From Zootoca vivipara (lineage: Eukaryota), in the NCBI RefSeq assembly GCF_963506605.1, contig NC_083288.1, forward strand, positions 46,810,001-46,874,000: a DNA stretch of 64,000 bases, in the 5' to 3' direction. The notes under the pieces are model-generated. The model had not been told where the DNA came from. It did no database searches and worked only from the letters and a program-made list of their open reading frames with translations. Of the stretch, positions 48,141-59,800 are shown piece by piece. Numbering within the stretch: the first letter of the stretch is position 1; the number at the start of each line of letters is the position of its first letter. The position numbers and the translations under genes were made by a program.

Positions 48141-51100
48141 TTTAGCTCTGGCTTACAAGAATGGCACCTCAGTAAACAGTTTATTTTTGAAGCATTATTC
48201 TTATTGTCGTCATCTTCTTCATCAGCCTTCTAAATGGAATTCCAGTCAGTAATATGGCTGCTTCATTTTGCACCAATTGCCATTCCAAATATGTTGTTCA
48301 GGAGAGTCAAATGACAAATCTGGATTATTAGCAACAGAAGAATATAAATTGTGAAAAGCCACATTCCTCGGTCCTACCTGTGGAATCTTGTAGAGGCCTA
48401 TGGTGTCAGCCATAGAGAGGGAGGTATCAAAGCTAAGTCCCCCAATGATGGCTATAAGGTTTTTCTGAGTGTCACATTTGTAGTTGGGGACAAATCTATG
48501 TGATTTGAAAAGTAGGTCCAAAGTTGTCCGATAGGTCATCCTTGCATCGTAGTAACTGTCAAAGATGTGGAATCCAAGGGTGAGATTGGGCAAGATCTTG
48601 GGGTTCTCATTTATCTCTTTTACAGCAAATGCCAAGGCAAGGGTGTGCTGGTAGAATTTTGTCACCACACTGCAAATGAAGTTAGATATTCACAATTTCT
48701 GGTGTAAATTCTGCAATGTGTGGAATCAACATATCAAAAAAATTGATCATTTCTGTAACTCATATGTCTAAGGTAAGAAACACCATATAGCCCCAATAGC
48801 ATTTATTTTTCATCAGGTCATTTGCATTCTGCTTTTCCTTTTCAACTGACTAGATTTTTAAAACTCTCAGCTCTCTTTCCGTGTTCAACCACTTCATATC
48901 CATGATTAAGTGTACTCTGGACCATGAAAGCTACAGTCCTAAAGCTACCAGGAAATAAATCCCATTGACTTCTTGGTAGACAGTCCTGGATGGGTTGTTG
49001 CTCTTTGGAAGTTTGGTGGACCATCAGTTTTCCATCTACAAGGTCCCAGGTGACAACTCCAGGTAGATCTGGGAAAGTCTCTCTACTGGATACTCTGGAG
49101 ATCTGCTATCCATTCCTGTTTCCAATACTGAGCAAGATCAATCAATGGTCTGACTCAGTATAAGGCGGCTTCTGGTGCTTATTTGTAGGAATGCACTGTA
49201 AGTCCCTTAAAGTTAGTTCTCATTTAAACCAATGAAGCAAGTTAGCCATGACTTTTAAGGTACCACTGATCCTAAAGGGAACAAGTCTGACAACATCCAA
49301 TTCAAACCTGGGCATTTCTATTCAGAATGACATCCAACTTTGTTCAGTCGCTCTTAAGGACTGAAGCCTTAAGAGTTCATTATCAGAGCTATACATTGTA
49401 ATGCAAAAAATCATATAAAAATTAAAATCAGAAATCAGGTGAATATTGTGTAAATATCTATTCTGAGATGCCCGCAAAACTTTGATGTGATAGAAACGTT
49501 TTCGTTAGGCGTTTAAAGATTGAAATAGAAGGTGTCTTCCTGTACCCTGTTTTTATCAATTTAAATATACCAGAAGAGTCTGTGTCACTTTTCGTAATTG
49601 GGAAGACCATTACAACAACCGTGGGCAAATGAGAATTCACTATGCCACAGTCAGTGAAATATATTTACTTTTGTCCCAGTTAGTATTTGTATTGGATCTG
49701 ACCTGATTCTAAATATGTGTTGAATTGTTCTTTTATGTGCAGGTGTCTTAGCTCTTTTCACGTTTCAGGATGATCATTTCAATGTGCTGAAAACAGAACT
49801 GGGAGCAGAAACTACCAATGTTTACTCATTCCTTTCATGTCCAGAAAGGAAATCAGTCCAGGGAATATGATAAGGAGGAGGATTGTGTTAATATTATAAG
49901 AATAAGATTCTGAATTGGATTAGAAAATCCGCCATAACTATGTAAAGAGGTTGGGAAATCCAGGAGGAGGAGAGTCGTGGAAGCCATTAATATTTTTCCT
50001 TTTTCCTTTTTTTTCTTTCCTTTTTTTTCCCTTTTTATATTTTTGCTTCCCCCCCCCCCTTTTTTCCTTGTTTTTCTTTTTTCCAGTACAGTGGTACCTC
50101 GGTTTATGAACACAATTGGTTCCGGAAGTCTGTTCATAAACCGAAGTGTTCATAAACCGAAGCAAACTTCCCTCTCTCCGCGGTGCCGGCCGGGCGACCT
50201 TCCTGAAGCCTCCTCAGAGCAGCCGCCGCCGCCACCAGACGCCAGGACTGGCCGGGGTGGCTCGCGGTGCGTCTGGCTTTGGTTGGAGCGGCGGCGGCGA
50301 TGGCGGCTTCTCTCAACCCCGAGCCTCTCCACTCCGCAGGGGCGCAATGGTGAAGGCCCGGCCTCGGTTCTCTTGACCCCTCCGCGAGGCCGGGCCTTCG
50401 CCGTCGCGCTCCTGCGACGTCTCTCCAACTTCGTCGTCGCACTCCTGCAGCAGGGCTCAAGAGAAGCGGACAGCAGGGCTCGCGGAGGGCTCAAGAGAAG
50501 CGGACCTTCGCGCTCCTGCGACGCCTCTCCACAGGAGTGCTACGGCGAAGGTGGAGAGGCGTCGCAGGAGCGCGACGCGAAAGCCCGCTTCTCTTGAGAA
50601 GCCTTCTCCCCCATTTTCTATGGTGAAAGAAAAGTCTGTGTTGAACATCTCTTAGCTTAATAAACTCAGACAGTGATAGAGAATGAGAAGTGCTCAGAGA
50701 TGAACCTCTTGGAACTTTCTCAATTATGTAAATGCTTCTTTGTGAAGCAGTAGAATTATTCATGCACCTGAAGTATTTTTATCCCCTTATTCAGCCACTT
50801 AAAGGCCAACAAACCAGCTTACATACAACAGTGAGAAGGAACTTACTGCTTTTAGGCATAAAATCTGGAAGACATGAGACAAAAGGAATGGGGATTTGAA
50901 GGGGTAAGTGGGGAGACCCTTACTATGGAATTGTGAACATATTCTGTGAAGGCTGTTCTCTGAAGAAAACTTCATAGAATACATAAAAGATCTGAGAAGA
51001 AATCCCACCGATGATGAGGCCACCTGGCTGGTACCACTCATGAGGAACAGGAAAGGGGCCACTGGTGGGACACCTGGTCGTATCTGCATGGCACACACCA

Positions 51101-51219
51101 GGCACTTGCAAAAACAGCAACACCAATAGACAAAACTTATTTCGTCTTTCCACAATCCTTGTAAAAAGAAATGCCTCCCAGTCTGTGCATTTATTGGCAC
51201 ATCCTCTGTTGATTTCCAT
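45512..51219 (-). pseudogene. V2R gene D: five intact ectodomain exons, 7TM exon missing (truncated gene or soluble-ectodomain gene)
   Basis: Exons 51219(?)-50924, 48669-48378, 47864-47004, 46245-46018 and 45646-45520. All are GT-AG, in phase and stop-free. Intron 5 runs into an L1 tail and Bov-B at about 45400. No minus-strand 7TM exon follows. Confidence 0.88.
50089..50598. mobile_element. One-ended Tigger/pogo-like element with a GC/CpG-rich interior, in intron 1 of D
   Basis: TA followed by the same TIR as the 12613 MITE. The interior is GC-rich with short repeats. No right TIR. Preceded by an L1-like 3' tail at about 49850-50086. Confidence 0.75.
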
Positions 51220-52149
51220 CACTTTAATTGTTCTATAGTTTGCTGCTCTCGTTTCCTTTGAGAGGAAGGGATTACATTGGGTTAGGAATTTCTCTGCCAA
51301 TACTATTCTAAAAGAGGTTTGAGAGTTGCATTTTAGGAACAGGGAGTTACCAATGGAGCCTTGATTAGAAGGTGAGGTTTCAATTTTGGCCAATAATAAA
51401 AGGCTTGCATATTGACTCATTTCAAGTGGCTACCGCAAAGCCCCTTGAGCTTTGATGAATTGAACAAAATACAATGATTTGGTTAATTACATGGAGAGAC
51501 ATTTTTTTTCCAGAGATTTAGTGCAGAGTAGCACTTTTGGTAACCAATGCATTGGGTTGGATTTGTTTTCTAAACTGTGACTCCATGTTACCTCTGCCCA
51601 CGAGTGGCCCACAAAGTTGCAAGTGACTTGAAATCTTCTGTCATGAGCAAATATTGCCAGGAAAGTCAGAGTGAAGCCATTTCTTTTGTAGATGCAAATC
51701 ACAGTCAATTCTGTTTTTGAAATATAGGCATTGTTACGATCAAGTATGATTTTAGTTCTGTGCATTGTAAGCCACCCTGAAATAATGTGATTAAGAATGA
51801 TATCAAAGTCTTCAAACAACCCCATATTTCATTTATACTGGTGCTTGGGATGTAATCCTGCAACACCAGGGAAATGATCTTGGTGCCCAAAACATGCAAA
51901 TCAATATCAATAAAATTCAAAAATTCAGGGGCCATTTTTTTTGGGGGGGGGGACCCCAGTCAGTAGACATAAAATGATCACCAGGGCTAACTGGCCGAGT
52001 TGGTCCTTCTAAGGCCAGCAAGGAGACCGGGGAAGAATTTAAATGTGGGGTCCCAGAAAGGGTTTCTTCATAGAAGAGGAAAGAGAAAAGGGAATAGAGG
52101 ATCAGGCTAATTCAAATTGAAGGCCAAGTGGAATAGCTCTGTCTTACAG

Positions 52150-53263
52150 GCATGTCTAAATCTGAGAATGGGGGACAAGTTGCCAACCAGAGAGTGCAAA
52201 GACTTGCTAGAATGGGGAAGCAGGAAAGGACAATGGAGTTGGCCAGTCTTTTCCCCACCCACTTCCTCAGGCTGGACCTGGTTTGGTGGCCATGAAAGCT
52301 ACAACTACGGTAATGGTTTTGGCCAACACACAAGAAACAGCCACATAGAAGATGATGCCTAAAGTAGGTTGTCTGAGAAAGCAGGCCATTTCTCCTGGTC
52401 TACCAAGGAATAGCAAATGAGATTGAAAGAGGTTCAGAAGAGAGATGAGGAGTGTAGGTGAGGTCTCGGTTGTTGGCATTGACAATGGGTGTATTTCTGT
52501 GCTTCACAAAAGCTAATACTGTAACACACTAAAGTTGTGACAATGGAAAAGAAAGAGCAATTGAGGCTAGGCTGATTCCTAAGGGTTCTTTATACGAAAG
52601 AAAGCTGATAGTTTTGGGGATGCATCCATGTTTGTTCCTGTTTGGATATTGGTCTTCTGGGCATCTGAAACAGTCATCCATATCTGAAAAACAGACACAG
52701 GTCAAATTCCAAACGTGATTCATATACTTCCTCTGCCTCCCAGAAACTCAGCAGTTCAGAAACAGTATTTTGAGTGTTATTCCTTGTAGGTCTATTGGAT
52801 TTTAACCCCTATTTTAACAGTTTAAAGGGGTTGCAAATCCTTTTGTGTGCTCTCACTGACTTGGATGGGAGAACTAGATCATTTTGACTCTTTTAGGTCT
52901 TAAACTCAAATCAATGTAAAATGTATTGCATGATGTTCATTCATTTTTTCAAAATGTTCTTTGAAATATAATGCAAGTCAACAAAGAAACATTCTATTAA
53001 CAGCATGCAATCAGACATTAATTAGTATATTTTAGGCCCCAAAGCAGTTCTCTTATGAAAATAAAAATGAATTCTTTGTCACACACCATTCTGGTCTAAA
53101 ATCTTCCCTTCTGGACATGGAGCACAATCATAGCAGCAATCCCCCCCCCCTTCCTTCCTTTTCTTCTGATGACCAGAGGGACAGCAGTTGTTGCACACAG
53201 AAATAGGCACCACCTATCCATAAGGAGGAAAGAAAATTCAGATGGGAGCACATCTCCATTCCT

Positions 53264-53304
<41 letters not shown>

Positions 53305-53670
53305 CTATTTGTTTTCTGTTTTGCTCTCGAACTTGAAATACTCATCTCAGAAATTTTAAATATAAACCTGTCCTATAAAAGTACAGCACAAATCCCAAAA
53401 AAGGTGGATAAGAAAGCTGATCAACTGGCTGTTTTTGATTACAGAACAGTGTTTATTTTCCAAGCCTACAAATGAGCATTGGATTCTGTTCAATGGAATA
53501 GAGAGAGAGAGAGAGCAGGGCCCACAGTAATACCCCAGGACCCATACCCTTGTGCCATGTTATCATGTCCTCATGAATGATGATTTTTCTTGATTCAAGA
53601 GCATCGCCATCCACCTGTCCAACTTTCACTTGATGGAAGGACATGTATGGGAATGTAACTATATTCCAAA
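52150..53670 (-). pseudogene. V2R pseudogene fragment P2 (paralog of P1)
   Basis: Exon 4, exon 5 and exon 6 (acceptor at 52683) remnants with frameshifts, colinear with 2135-3660. Confidence 0.9.
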
Positions 53671-54393
53671 CACAGCCACCCACCCACCAACACCGCCACC
53701 CTCACCCATTCATCAACAAGAGGAGAATTAATCAATTGCTTTCCCTGGCTTTTTCTCTTTTTTTCTTAACAACCCACCCCCCAGTTTTTTATGTTAACAT
53801 TATTTCCATACACTCCAAACAATTTCCATATATATAAAACTGGGATTAAACAAACCCCTCAGACTTGCCCCCTTCCCACCCTGGTTTCCATATTTTACCT
53901 CTTTTCTTGCATATAAGAATAATTATCCATTCTATTTCATTTACTAATCTAATTCATTTTACTTCATGAATGGTATATCAATCCTGCTAATGTTTCTAAA
54001 TAGATACAGTAGTTTTCAAGGTACTCAACAAAATTTTCCCATTCTTGTTTTAAAATTTTATCATTTTGATGTCTCTTCTCTACGGTCATCTTTATGATTT
54101 CAGCAAAATCTTCATTTTGATAATCCACTCTTATTTTGTTGGGACCTTCTCTTCCTTCCACATGCTTCCCTGTGCTTTTAAACCCTTCTGATAGTTTTTC
54201 ATTTGCAATGGTAGCCTTCAGAATGAATTGCCCTGCAATGCACAATTTGTGGGGCTGCCCCTGCTGTCCCTGAGGCTGGCTTTTGCAGCTAGTGCAAAAT
54301 GCAGTCGCTCAGTTGCTGACTGGGACAGAATTTCACCATCATGTTATGGCACTATTGATGATAGAACTGAAATGCCTGAAAACAAGGTCAAGG

Positions 54394-55712
54394 ACAAAGC
54401 GAAGGTTTACAAAGGATTTAAAACCCATATAATTAGGAAATCATTGTTAAATGTATGGATGAGGTACAAGGATTTGCTAGAGAGCAAAACGCCCAGGTGG
54501 ATTTCACCATTGGAGGCTAAGGCCTTTAAAAGGCGAAATATGGAAGCCAGATGGCCAAAGTATAAGGATATTTTAATACAAGAAGGAAGCCAGTACAAAA
54601 TTAAACCATATGATCAGTTGAAAGATGTATTATCTGATTGGTTACAATATCACCAAATTAATGAAGTGTTTAAAATGGATAAAAAAATAGGTTTTCAAAA
54701 AGAAGAATCCAACTTGGAAATACTTTTATTAAATTCGAAAACTAAAAATTTATCCAAGATGTATAATTTATTGCTGGAGTGGCAAACCAAAGATGAACAA
54801 ACAAAGTTAGTAATGATAGAGTGGGCTAAAGATGTTGGGCATAATATAATGATGCAGGACTGGGAAAGAATGTGGAAAAAATCCATAAAGTTTACTGCAT
54901 GTAATGTTTTGAAAGAAAATATGTTGAAAATTATGTACAGATGGTATTTAACCCCAGTTAAGCTAGCAAGGATGTACCACACACATGATAATAAGTGTTG
55001 GAAATGCAAAGAAACAGAAGGAACGTTTTATCACATGTGGTGGACTTGCCCTAAGGTAAAAGACTTCTGGGATAAGATTCATAATGAACTGAAGAAAATG
55101 TTTAAAAACACGTTTATTAAAAAAACCAGAGGCCTTTTTGCTGGGAATTGTGGGGGAGGAGATACCAAAGAAAGAGGTTACTGTTTTTTTGTATGCCACA
55201 ACAGCAGCGAGAATGTTGATAGCACAGAAATGGAAGACCCAGGACATACCTTCAGTGGAAGAATGGCAAATGAAAATGTTGGACTATATGGAACTGGCTG
55301 ATCTGACCAGGAGACTCCGCGACCAGGGGGAGAAAGCGGCAGAAGAAGAATGGTCGAGCTTTAAAGTTTATTTGAAGAAATATAGTATTCTGATTGATTA
55401 ATAAGATAGGGATTTTGAATGTTACTAGTAGTTGCAGTGTAGTATAAATGTAATGCGAGAAAAGATAAGACGATGGATGTAAATACTGAATAATAGAAAT
55501 GAGAATTAAGAATTTGCAAAATTATAGAAATGGATTACGAGGTAGAATTGCTAAACAGGATTAATAGTGAATCGCAGCAAACAAGGAGTTGAGGAAGTCA
55601 CAGCACAAGGATTAGAAAAAAGGTTAAGAATTGTGAAAGTTCTGTGCAATTTTTTACTTGTGTGTTTTTATTTGTACTTTTATTGTTAAAAAGAATAAAA
55701 AAAATTTGAAAA
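54394..55712 (+). mobile_element. 5'-truncated L1 (ORF2 C-terminus and 3' UTR)
   Basis: 15-bp TSD AAAACAAGGTCAAGG (54379-54393 and 55713-55727). CCHC motif CWKCKETEGTFYHMWWTC. One frameshift in an A run near 55120. A-rich tail. Empty site at about 3990. Confidence 0.93.
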
Positions 55713-56856
55713 AAAACAAGGTCAAGGTGCAGCTTGGGATCAGAATACTTAAAAGATGCTCTTCCCAAAGTGAACAACTGAATCTAAGGATACAATTTTC
55801 CTCATATTCAGCATCCAACTATCCCTCTAGAAGCTTAATGGGAAGAAGGGACTAGTCTTGAAAGTGTATTGAGCAGAAGGATGTAAATTTGCTTTCAACA
55901 TTTGCTGCTTTCAGTTGCAAAACAAAATGGATTCACTTTGACTTTCCTGCTGGAATTCACTTGTCATGGAAGACATTGAGGTAAATGCCACCTCCTGTGC
56001 TTCTAATGCAGGCTCGTCCAACAGGTAGATAATGATCTGCTGGTAGACCACTGGACCTCTGTGGTAGATCACTGGCTCCCCCCCCCAAAGAAGCTCAACA
56101 ACTTTGGCTCCCCTAAAGAAAGCTCAATATTTTTGCCCTGCACCCCTCAAAATGTGGCTTTCCTCCTCCCTAAAACATCAACAACTTCGACGTGAAGCCC
56201 CCAAAACAGGACTTTCCATCCTAAAAAAAACCTCAACAACCTTGACCTGAACCCCCCAAAAGGGGGTAGATCAGTGCCAGTTTTTAACTCTGTGAGTAGA
56301 TCACAGTCTCTTGGGAGTTGCCCACCCCTGCTCTAATGGATAGAGGTAACATGTAGGCTTTTTGAGAATAAACTCAGGACTCAACATGTTGTTTTTTTAT
56401 AAAACGACCCTTGGAACTGAAATTAAATCTTTTACTGATTTTTCAACCTACAATTATTCAAATCACTATAATCTGTGCATCTGGTCAGGCCTGCAGAGGC
56501 ATTTCAGAAAGCACTAGAAAGCTGTCAATGAACAGCCATGAAAGAGATTATATTAGATGAAACTCTGCACAATGAATAGATAGGAGTAGTGGCAAGAGGC
56601 AGGCATGACTTTCATTCTTCTTTCTCCCTTTTTCTTTTTTTTAATATTATTGGTCAGACTAGCAATCAGAGTTTTGGAAATCTCACCTATCGGCCAAAAC
56701 ATGTGTTCATACTGTTTTGATTCTAAAATAAGGTGTGCCAATCTCTCTTGTAGTGCTGTAGTGACAGACAGGTCTCATGCAATCTATGTTAAATTAGTCT
56801 GCAGGTACTGATGAGCACAAGAGCATCCACATTTTCTGAGACGCTTGACTACAAGG

Positions 56857-59800
56857 ATGCTGTGGTCATTCACTTTGCTTTTTCTGTTGCCTCATGTTTT
56901 GTGCAAAGCAGCTATGAGGTGCCCTGAGACTGAAACATTTCCTGTTCCCCATGAGTGGTACCAGTCAGGTGGCCTCATCATCGGTGGGATTGCTTCTCAG
57001 TTCTATTATTGCATCATTGAAGATTTATTCAAGGAAAACCCTTCACAGAATCTGTTTGATGATAATCCACAGTAAGAGACTCCCCCTCCCCCTTCATTTG
57101 TGGCATTAATCCTTCCCAGTACTTTATTTAGTATTGTGCATCCTACTAAGTTGGCAGGCAGTAAATGATCGCTTTGACCTTTTGATTCATGATCATCCTT
57201 TCTATTTTGAAAAGCAATATGAAGATGTGATTTGTACGGTATGCATAGTTTTAATTGCAGCAAATGGATAGTTTTAATTGCACCAAATGGACCAACAAGA
57301 GGAGGATGGAGATGATACTACTGTACCTAGTCTTGGGGCACAGACTCTTTTAATCTTCCTAGAACATATATCATGAATCAGGGACTGTTTGAGTGAATTT
57401 CTTTGAAATATTGCTGCTTTCCTGGGCTACATGCATAGAATGGTCACCTGTAAGTTAGCCAGTTTGAATAAAAAGAGAAAGAGGGGGAGATTGTTGTTGT
57501 CTTTTGAGGGGGGCAGGCAACTGAGATTAAAGGTCAAACAAGACATGATACAGAGATGTATGATACATATTTATTATTTTAGAGCCACCATAAAAGACAA
57601 AGATAGTTCAATATTAATCTGTTTGAAACAGAAATGGCCATTTGTTTTGTCTACTTCCTGCATTGTACAATTCTCCTCTGAAATTTTTAAACTGACCTCA
57701 TTTGCAGCATGGTAACAAAATTCTACCAGCACATCCTGGCCTTGGCATTTGCTGTAAAAGTGATCAATGAGAATCCCAACCTCTTGCCCAATGTCACACT
57801 GGGGTTCCACATCTACGACAGCTATTATGATGCAAGGATTACATATCGTAACACTTTGGACCTGCTCTTTAAAATGCATAGATTTGCTCCCAACTACAAA
57901 TGTGACTCGCAGAAAAACCTCATAGCCATCATCGGAGGACTTAACTCTGATACTTCTTTCCATATGGCTGATACTTTAAGGCTCTACAAGATTCCACAAG
58001 TAGGTTTTATGCATAGGGACATGATCCCCCCTCCCCATCTCACTTTTCTCTTACCATTCCGAAAATGATTTTGAGATTCAGAATGTGAATATGACTGAAG
58101 CACTAGAAGCTACAATGTCTATCAGAAACATAGATTACTCCTTAACAGTAGAGTTTGTTACACTAGTGAATGCAGAGAGCGTTCAGCACCTTGGACACTT
58201 CCAACACAAGCACCCTGTTATTTAGTCGTTTAGTCGTGTCTGACTCTTCCTGACCCCATGGAACAGATCATGCCAGGCACTCCTGTCTTCCACTGCCTTC
58301 CGCAGTTTGGTCAGACTCATGTTCGTAGCTTCGGTCCAACCATCTGCCACACATACATACAGCACTTTGAGTATGTGAACTGCAGTTCTTCAACCCATAT
58401 AGATCAAAGATAACTGTTATATCTTCCACTGCCATGTGCATCTTATACATGATTCCCAACAGTTGAACTAGAGTAGCATTCAGTTGGTGCATTGAGGAAT
58501 TTTCCCAGCCTATCGGACATGGCAAAGATTTATCTAGGGTTAATCCAACTAGTGCGGCTTCTCTCAAATACTAAATTTCCACAAAGTAATTCCACAATAG
58601 GATTGCACTCTACAAATGAAATAAAAGGACATTTCTGACAATACATGAATACTTTATGAAAGAAAATATCCAGAAAGTGGAAAATGTCACCACAACTCTT
58701 GAATATTCAGCTGGAAGCATCCTGCAGTGTAACTGGAAACCTCAAAATTGCTTCAGCAAACATTTCTTGAATGAAGACCACATGCTCAAAATAATTGTTT
58801 ATACTTAGGTACCATTATTATGTCTGTTCTTTTCCTATTAGCTTGCATATGGCTCATTTCCCCAAGAGGAGAGTGATATAGATAGCTTCCTTTCCTTTTA
58901 CCGCATGGTGCCCAATGAAGCTCATCAGTATATGGCGATCATCAATTTGCTCCAGCATTTTGGATGGACATGGGTTGGACTCTTTGTTACGGATGATGAA
59001 GGAGGAGAAAAATTCTTGCAGGCTCTGGAGCAATTGCTCTACCAGCATGGGATCTGCTCAGCCTTAACACAAAGAATGGAAAAAATAGCTCGTTTTGATA
59101 TGTTGGGTGAATTTTTTGAGATACTTAATAGGTATTATGTGGATCTCACAAATGACAAAGCCAATGCATTCATCGTCTATGGAGATTCTCAGACATTGAC
59201 CTGGCTGAGATTTGTTATATTTCTACGAGATCCTGAAAATAAGGAAAGCTCAACATTAGGAAAAGTGTGGATCATGACAACACAAATTGATTTCGTATTA
59301 ATGAGTTTTCAAAAGTCTTGGGATCTTGAGCTCTTTCAAGGTGCCATTTCCTTCACCATTCACTCAAAAGAGCTTCTCGAGTTCAGTGAATTTCTTCAGA
59401 GCATAAAACCTTACTGGAATCCAGGAGATGGTTTTCTCAAGGACTTCTGGGAGCAAGCATTTGACTGTCCATTTCCAGATCTGGTCATGCAAGATACTGA
59501 AACATGTACAGGGGAGGAGAAGTTAGAGGGTCTTCCTGGCCATCTGTTTGAAGTGGACATGACCGGCCACAGCTACAGTATATACAATGCTGTCTTTGTT
59601 GTGGCTCATGCTTTGCATGCAATTTATACGTACAGATCAAAGCACAGAGCACTGGCAGGAGACAAAAGGTTTGAACTTCAAGATCTGCAGCCTTGGCAGG
59701 TAACACTTTGCAAAATATTATTTCAGTGAGACAATTACCCGAAGCCCAAACTTTACGAAATAGGACATTTTCAAAGTTATTCCATTTTGTAACTTTTCTA

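Noticed and set aside
49977-50648. Several overlapping Arg/Pro-rich ORFs
   Set aside because: They result from stop-poor GC-rich transposon interior and have no recognisable domain.
54228-55301. 357-aa ORF that looks like a novel fusion gene
   Set aside because: It is a chance in-frame join of spacer sequence (TTG start) to a 5'-truncated, frameshifted L1 ORF2.
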